Under the pieces are notes generated by a model. That model was not told where the DNA came from, ran no database searches, and saw only the letters and a list, made by a program, of their open reading frames with translations. Source: Hyaloraphidium curvatum SAG 235-1 (lineage: Eukaryota > Fungi > Monoblepharomycota). From it: a DNA stretch of 64,000 bases. Of this stretch, positions 57,433-64,000 are shown in pieces. The stretch is taken from the NCBI GenBank assembly GCA_025558095.1, contig JAIVFI010000009.1:785465-849464 (forward strand), written 5' to 3'. Each line of letters starts with the position of its first letter. The first letter of the stretch is position 1. The translations under genes and the position numbers were made by a program.

Positions 57433-58554
57433 AGGAGGACGACGCGCAGTCCGCCGCACCCTCTGGCGCCGGTTCCGACTCGACCGCCGTCAACCAGGCC
57501 CCAGCCGCTGCGCTCTACAAGGCCCGAGCCATCTTTGCCTACGAGGCCGCGGACGCCGAGGGGCTCAGCCTGGAGGAGGGCGACGAGGTGTCGGTGGAGC
57601 AGGACCAGGACGACTGGCTCTACGGGACGGCGGTCGGGAGCGGCAAGAAGGGGTGGTTCCCCAAGACGTACGTCGAGAAGGCGGACGCGGCGGCGCCGGC
57701 GGTGCCCGCCCTCTCGGTCGGAGGCGACGCGGCGGCGGCCCCGGCGCCCGCAGCCGTCACCGCCGCGCCGGCCATGCTCTACCGCGCCAAGTCGCTGTAC
57801 GACTACGACGGTACCGCCGCGGGGCCGGACAACCTGACCCTGGCCGAGGACATGGTCGTGACGGTGACCAAGGAGGACGGCGACTGGCTCTTCGGCACCG
57901 ACCCCGCGGGCAAGGAGGGCTGGTTCCCGGCCTCGTACATCGAGAAGCTGCCCGAGGGTGGGTCGGCGAGCCCGGTGCCGCCGACGCCGCTGCCGCCGGG
58001 AGCGGGCGCGCCGCCGGTTGAGGGCACCGCGTACCTGTGCAAGGCGACCGTGCTCGCCGACTTTTCGCCCGCATCGGCGGAGGAGCTTGCGGTGGCCGAG
58101 AACGAGGTCGTCGGCATCGTGGAGAAGCTCGAGGACGGATGGTGGATGGCCGAGAAGCTCACGGCGGACCGCAAGCGCGGGCTGGTGCCGGCGACCTACT
58201 GCGAGGAGATACCGGACACGGGCGGGCAGGGGGTGGCGGGCAAGAAGGAGAACGACGCGAGCGCGGCGATCGCGCTGGCGACGAGCGCGTCGGCGGCCAA
58301 GGTCGTCGACCCTGCGGTGGTGGGTATACTTGCTGCGGTCGACCTCTTCGCCGGCTCACTCCGCTCGCCCTTCGCAGGCCGCAAAGCTGGCCCCGCTCAA
58401 CGACGCCCTGACCAAGGAGCTCCGGGCCAAGGAGGGCTTGGAAAAGATGCTGCAGCAGCCGTCGATCCCCAAGGAGGCCGTGCAGGCGCAGCTCGCGGCG
58501 TCGACCAAGAAGATCGACGATATCCAGCGGCAGATTGCCGCTCTGACGGGGTGA
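54634..58554 (+). CDS. Intersectin/Pan1-like endocytic scaffold: 2 EH, coiled coil, 3 SH3, HR1-like tail
   Basis: EH (LADIW-DLC...LNEREFVACMHLI); SH3 motifs GWFPKTYVE, GWFPASYIE and GLVPATYCE; LTKELRAKEGLEKM; one apparent indel at ~54708. Confidence 0.85.
57390..57428 (+). repeat. (GGC)13 coding microsatellite (poly-Gly)
   Basis: Directly visible. Confidence 0.95.
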
Positions 58555-58718
58555 TCTTGCTCGGACCTTGCCACGTGGGACATGGAATAGACGTTCGTCT
58601 TGGAATCGGACCGCGCGGGGAAAGTCCGGTCCCAAAACTGCATCTGCCATTTGCTCAACGTCGCGACTTCCAAATCGTCCTTCCCATGGCCCGAGAACCG
58701 CCTCACTCCGGGCGCGCA

Positions 58719-61138
58719 TCAGCACGCGACGCAGTCATCGACCAACGCGGAGAAGAGCTCCGAGAAGCTTCCCATGCTTTCAATCTGGGGCCGGCCGTCG
58801 TACCCCGCGGGCCGGGCCGTAGCGGGCGAGCCTAGCTCCAGGTCGGACGCTGCCTCGAGCGCGTGCGTCGCCGACGAGCTCGTCGCGGAAGGCGACGTGC
58901 AGCCCGCCGGAGCCGGGCCGCCGGCGATCCAAGGATGAGCGAGAGCCTCCGCAGCGGATGGCCGCGTGCTCTGGTCGACGCAGAGCGCGCCGCGGATAAA
59001 GTCCTTGGCATCGTCCGAGACGGGCCGGTCTTCCGGGAAGGCGAATTCCGCGGTGCTGATCCGCCGGTAGAGGTCGCTGTAGGATTCCGCGTCCTGGAAC
59101 GGGGTGAAGCCGAAGAGCAGCTCGAAGGCCAGGCACCCCGTGCTCCACACATCGACCTTGGCGGTGTAGCTTTCAGCGCCGCCGCCAATCTCGGGCGGCA
59201 GGTAAAAGGGCGTGCCGACGATGGTGGAGAGGAAGTCGGGTCCGTTGTCCCGGGTGCGCGGCCGGGCGCCGGGGCAGTACGCGCAGCCAAAGTCTACGAG
59301 GGCGAGCGAGGACAGATGGCGCGTGTCGCGGACGATCACGTTCGATGCCTTGACGTCGCGATGCACGACGCCGCGGTCGTGCAGGTAGGCCAGGGTGAGG
59401 AGGAGGGTCGAGACGATGCCGGCGGCCGCGTGCTCGGGGACCGTGCGCCGCTTGACCAGGAGCGCCGCGAGGTCCTGCAGCCGGAGGATGGGCGTGAGGT
59501 GCGATGCCGGGCCCGGCCAGCTGCGCCCACCTGTCCGGGCACACTGGATACCTGCTTTAGGCCCTCGTCATCCTACCGTGACCGCGTCCAGCGCGACGGT
59601 GTTGCTCCGCCTCGGCCGCGCGAGGTGCTCCATCATCCCTGCGCTCACGAGCGGCAGCGCCAGGTCCAGGGTCTTGCTGTCCGAGCGGAAAAAGACCTCC
59701 ACCCCCGAGGAGGTCCGGTGGTGTTTAGATCCGGGCACGGTGCCGAGGATCCAGGGGTGCTGCAGCGCCTGGAAGGCGCCGAGGCGGAGGGAGGGGTCCG
59801 GCTCGAGGACCTCGCGGACAAAGTTGGCCGCGGCGGGGGAGACGTGGTCGTAGCCGGGGGGAATGGTATAGGCGCCGCGGCAGATACGGGTGAATAGCTC
59901 GGTGAAGGAGCCGCTGGCCTGGAAGGGGGTCTCGCCGTACAGCATCTGCGGGCGGCGGGTAAGCGGAGGCCGGTTCGGACCGAAGGCGGCTCACCTCATA
60001 GACGATGCAACCCGCGGACCACACATCGACCTTGGCGGTGTAGCTTTTGCCGGCGACGACCTCGGGCGCGAGGTACTGCCGAGCCAAACACGATGAGAAC
60101 GCGAATCTCCGGCACCCGGTGCACGGTAACCCACGAAAGGAGTCCCGACTAGCGTCTGCATCACGGCGCCCGAGCTCCCCACGCTCGTACTCGCGATCTC
60201 GGCCTCAGCAGTCTGCGCCCCTTTGCCTGCCCACGCATCGTTGCCCGATCCGACAAACTGCCACGTCTCGGCCAGGCACTCCTCCTGCTCCTCGCCCGGG
60301 ATCACCGGGGGCCCGACGTGGCACCCGTCCCAATCCATGATCACCAGCGAGTCCAGGTTTCCCGCCTCTTTGAGCATGATGTTGGCCGGCTTCAGGTCGC
60401 GGTGCACAAGGCCGGCGCCGTGCGCGTAGGCGAGAGTGCCGAAGATCATGGACGCGATGAAGAGGGCCTCGGATTCGTCCAGCTCGCCGCCTTGGTCGAG
60501 GATGTACTTCTGCAGGGTGCCGCCTTCGCACACGGTGGTGACCAGATAGATCTGGTGTCGGGGCATCGCGGTGAGCCGACGTGCCCGTGCACGGTCCGCC
60601 GCGAGCCCACCTTCTCCTCCGTCTCGAATAGTTCGATGTAGAACGGCATATGCGGGTGTCCGTTGTGCGACTTGACGGCGAAGAAGCGCTCGCGTATGGA
60701 CCTCTCGAAGGCGGCCCTCGTCTCGGCCATCTGCGTCCCTGCACGGCCGCCGCGGTTCCCCGGCGCCGGCGGCTTGTTCATGGCCTTGAGGGCCACCATG
60801 GCGCCGTTGTCGATGCAGCGGCACAGCTTGACCGTTCCCTCGGAGCCGCTGCCCAGCACGCGGACGTCCTGGTAGGCCTTCCGGCGGGAGGAGCCCCAGG
60901 AATAGAGCGCGCGAAGCTGCTCGGCGTTGGGCTCGAGCGGGTACGGGAAGGCGGGGGCGGGGGCCTCCGGGAGAGGTCCGTCCCAAGAAGCACGCCTCGG
61001 GGCCCCGCCGGCGGCCACGCGGGGGAGGGGGGTGAGGAGTCCTTCGGTCATTGCGGGGCGGGGGAGCGATTTCGACGCGCGCCGCTCGCGGGACGCGGAG
61101 CGGTGCGAGCCTAGGAACCGGGCGAGGAAGCCCGGCAT
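58719..61138 (-). CDS. CAMK-like kinase followed by a second, N-lobe-less kinase C-lobe
   Basis: Domain 1: GSGSEGTV, VALK, HRDLKPAN, DWD, YLAPE, DVWSAG. Domain 2: HRDVKASN, DFG, YLPPE, DVWSTG. Confidence 0.8.
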
Positions 61139-61762
61139 TTCGAGGTTTTTTGTCGGTGTTTTGGGGTTGGTTGTGTGCGAGTGAATCGTCGACGGTGCTG
61201 TCCCAAGGGGAATCAGGGACGGGACGACGTCATAGGGGTCGCGATGAGCCAAATCTCGATCCCTCACACACTTCGGCGGCCGGACGGCAGCGAAGTGCAT
61301 GGCGAGGGGTGGAATTCGGACGGAACGCCTTTTCGAGCGGGCCGATTATGTCGGGGGAGCAACTTGCACCAGGGTGAGTCGTCCGACGTTCCGCCTCACC
61401 GCCCGCCTGAACGCCCCATATGAATCGATCTCGGGAGCAGCAACCAGCCAGCGGGCAGCGCACCCTCGAATGAACCCGACGATTTCGCCTATCCTTCCAT
61501 AAAATCCCAGAGCTGGGAAGGCGACGGAGACCGGTCCTGTCGTCGTCGTCGCGCGGGAGGCCGCTGCCCACCAACACGGACGGGATCTGGTGCAGATAGT
61601 GGAATTCTTCGAGCAGGACAATCATTGACGCCAAAAGACGCAATCCGTGCGAGATTCGGGCGTTCCCGAAGAGTTGAGGCGCGACCGGCAAAACTCGGCC
61701 GGGAGACGCCCGACACCACAACTGGACAACTGGACGCCAAACTCGCCTCAGAACACCCCGCC

Positions 61763-63306
61763 ATGGCCGCCGAAGCCGCCGCCGAGCAGCCCCCGCCCCC
61801 GACCATGCCCTCCTGGCCCCCGCCATTCGCCGCGGGGATGGCGATGTGCAAGTTTCGAGCGTTTCTTTTGTCTCCCCCGTCGCTGAATCGGCCGCCTGGC
61901 AGTCCGTGGGGCCACCGGGCCGCTGTACGAATCGATGGGTGGCGACATCGTCGGTTTCCGCAACGCGATGGCGGCCGCCCCGCTGGCGCCGGTCAAGGAC
62001 GGCGTGGTGCTCACCGAGGTGGGCCGTCTCCCGACCATCCGGTCGGCTCTGACCCTGCGCAGGTCGTGATCCCGCGCGCTCCGGTCCCCGGGCTCGAAGA
62101 GAAGAACGAGGGCGAGCTGGTGGCGGAGTGGCAGATCAAGGAGGGCACGCCCAAGGATGCCCCGGTGGTTGTGCGTTGATCCCCTTCGTCGACACGGGTA
62201 CAGCGTCTGACCGCCCATCGAAGGTCTGGTACCACGGCGGTGCCTACACCATCTCGACCGTGGCCAGCTACCGTGACTCCTCGTCGGAGATGTCGGTCCG
62301 CGGGCTGCGCGTGCTTTCGGTCGAGTACCGGCTGGCGCCCGAGGCCCCGTTCCCGGCCGCCGTGGCCGACGGCGTCATCGCTTACAAGTGGCGTGGGTCT
62401 TGGCCACCGCTTACAAACGGACACGTTTCTGAAGCGCCCCCTTCCCCTCCTTAGTCCTCGCCCAGGGCGAGAAACCGTCCAACATCGTCCTCGCCGGCGA
62501 CTCGGCCGGCGGCGGGCTCACCTTCGGCGTCGCCACGTACCTCCGCGACCACGGGCTGCCCCTGCCTGCTGGCCTTGCCGTCTTCACGCCCTGGGTCGAC
62601 GCCACCTTTAGCGGTCCGACGATCCACCTCGGAGACGAGTTCGGTGGGCCCTTCCTTCTCTTCTGGGCAGGGCCGGGGCTGACGGGCGGGCAGACATGTG
62701 CGTGCTCCCCAAGGGCCAGGAGAAGGGGTGGCTCGTCGACTCGGCCAAGGTCTACATCAAGGACTCGGACAAGTACTCGCCCTACGTTTCATTCCTTGCC
62801 GACTCCAAGGGCGGCATGCCCCCGACCTACGTGGGATCGCGCTCGGGAAACTTGCTGGATCACGGTTCCTGACTTGCGGCTGCCTTCGCAGATCGAGACA
62901 GGGACCGTGGACCGGTTCTACGCCGAGGACATTGCGCTTGCGGTCACCCGCGCTGCGCTTGGCGACACTGTTGTCTTCGAGATGGTGGGTCCCCATACAT
63001 CCCCTCACACCGACCACCCCTGACCCGCGTGCCGCCCGACAGATCGCGGAGCAGCCCCACGCGTTCTACCTCATCCCCCCGGTCCCGGCAGTGCAGTCGT
63101 TCTACGACCGCGTGGTTGGTTTCGTCCGCGATGCCACCACGGGCAAGGTCAAGGGCGGGTTCTCGCACGTCAACCCCGACGGGTCTTCGACCCCTGTCAC
63201 GGTGCAGGAGGCAAAGGCGCGGCTGGCGGCGCTGTTCGCGAGGGACGGGGTGCCCAAGCCGGACGCAAGGATGGGGGAGGTTTTCGCCAAGGCGATGGCC
63301 AAGTAG
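61763..63306 (+). CDS. HSL-family (Abhydrolase_3) esterase/lipase
   Basis: YHGGAY, VEYRLAPEAPFPAAVADG and LAGDSAGGGL; many short introns. Confidence 0.9.
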
Positions 63307-63645
63307 GGGTCGAGGCGAGGCAGGCTATATCTATCGTCGCGCTCGTGCTCTCCGGAGCAATGTATTTATCTCATCTTATCCAGGGTGCCCTCGGCCGTCC
63401 ACGTCTCTGTCGGCCGCTCCCGTTCCCGCGGATCGCCAGCCGCCGGACGCCTGTGCGGCATAGCACATGGCGCAGCGTCGGTGGGGAGCCCTCAGAGCCC
63501 CGGGAAAGGCGCCGTGCCGTTCGCCACCCGGCGCACCCCTTCCCCTCTGTCAGGGACTACGCCACCCTGGAAGGTTCTGAGGCTTTCCCGGACTCTTCCT
63601 GGCTCCGCCACACGCACCTACGCCTCACGCTTGCGCGGACCGGAC

Positions 63646-63653
63646 TATATAAA
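63646..63653 (+). promoter_or_regulatory. LTR TATA box
   Basis: TATATAAA in GC-rich context, ending 26 nt upstream of the PBS-complementary segment. Confidence 0.7.
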
Positions 63654-63774
63654 CCGATAGATCTTTGCCTGTACAACCCGAACGTTCGGATAGAGTTACA
63701 AGCCCCCGTACCCCGTCTACCCGTCCTCCCGATCCCGCAGGCCAGGACCGGCCTCCCACGGCCTCTCCTGACAT

Positions 63775-63787
63775 TATCCGAACGTTC
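63775..63787 (+). promoter_or_regulatory. Self-priming-type primer binding site
   Basis: TATCCGAACGTTC is the exact reverse complement of GAACGTTCGGATA at 63680-63692; no TGG tRNA-type start. Confidence 0.75.
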
Positions 63788-63869
63788 ACCCCGACACCCG
63801 ACATCCCGACCCGACCATGGACCCCAACGAGATGCTCGCCCAGATGGCGACGCAGATCCAACAGCAGGG

Positions 63870-64000
63870 TTAGGTTAGGTTAGGTTAGGTTAGGTTAGGT
63901 TAGGTTAGGTTAGGTTAGGTTAGGTTAGGTTAGGTTAGGTTAGGTTAGGTTAGGTTAGGTTAGGTTAGGTTAGGTTAGGTTAGGTTAGGTTAGTTAGGTT
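63870..64000 (+). repeat. Telomeric array (TTAGG)n
   Basis: 24 perfect TTAGG, one TTAG, then TTAGGTT to the window end; G-rich strand runs outward. Confidence 0.95.

Larger units (their letters stand above)
63548..63869 (+). mobile_element. 5' end of an LTR retrotransposon (probably Ty3/Gypsy): 226-bp LTR 63548-63773, PBS, truncated gag start
   Basis: TGTCAGG...CCTGACA terminal inverted repeat; internal TATATAAA; PBS directly after the LTR; ATG at 63817 gives MDPNEMLAQMATQIQQQG*. Confidence 0.8.

Noticed and set aside
63990-63993. Variant TTAG telomere unit
   Set aside because: Single event at the extreme end; likely an error or telomerase slip.
1-64000. Many long overlapping or antisense Arg/Pro/Gly-rich ORFs
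   Set aside because: Expected shadows of high GC and GC3 bias; no motifs.

Overview
GC-rich eukaryotic chromosome end, most likely fungal. The evidence is short GT-AG introns with CTGAC-type branch points, a Fungal_trans protein and an Nrg1-type zinc finger; an early-diverging fungus is plausible but unverified. The window holds about 30 genes or gene fragments: metabolic enzymes, four Golgi-type glycan-modifying enzymes, two signal-peptide kinases, secreted proteins, F-box relics, an EH/SH3/HR1 endocytic scaffold and an odd 1.5-domain kinase. It ends in a (TTAGG)n telomere fused directly to a 226-bp LTR, a self-priming-type PBS and the first 18 codons of a putative gag. The most unexplained signal is a family of ~65-85-nt nested-palindrome hairpins, with arms that appear to co-vary, in oriented arrays filling three gene-free intervals (~27.8-29.2, 37.3-39.2 and 47.4-48.7 kb). 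Gene models were read by eye, so exon boundaries are approximate, and family assignments rest on motif recognition, not database searches.
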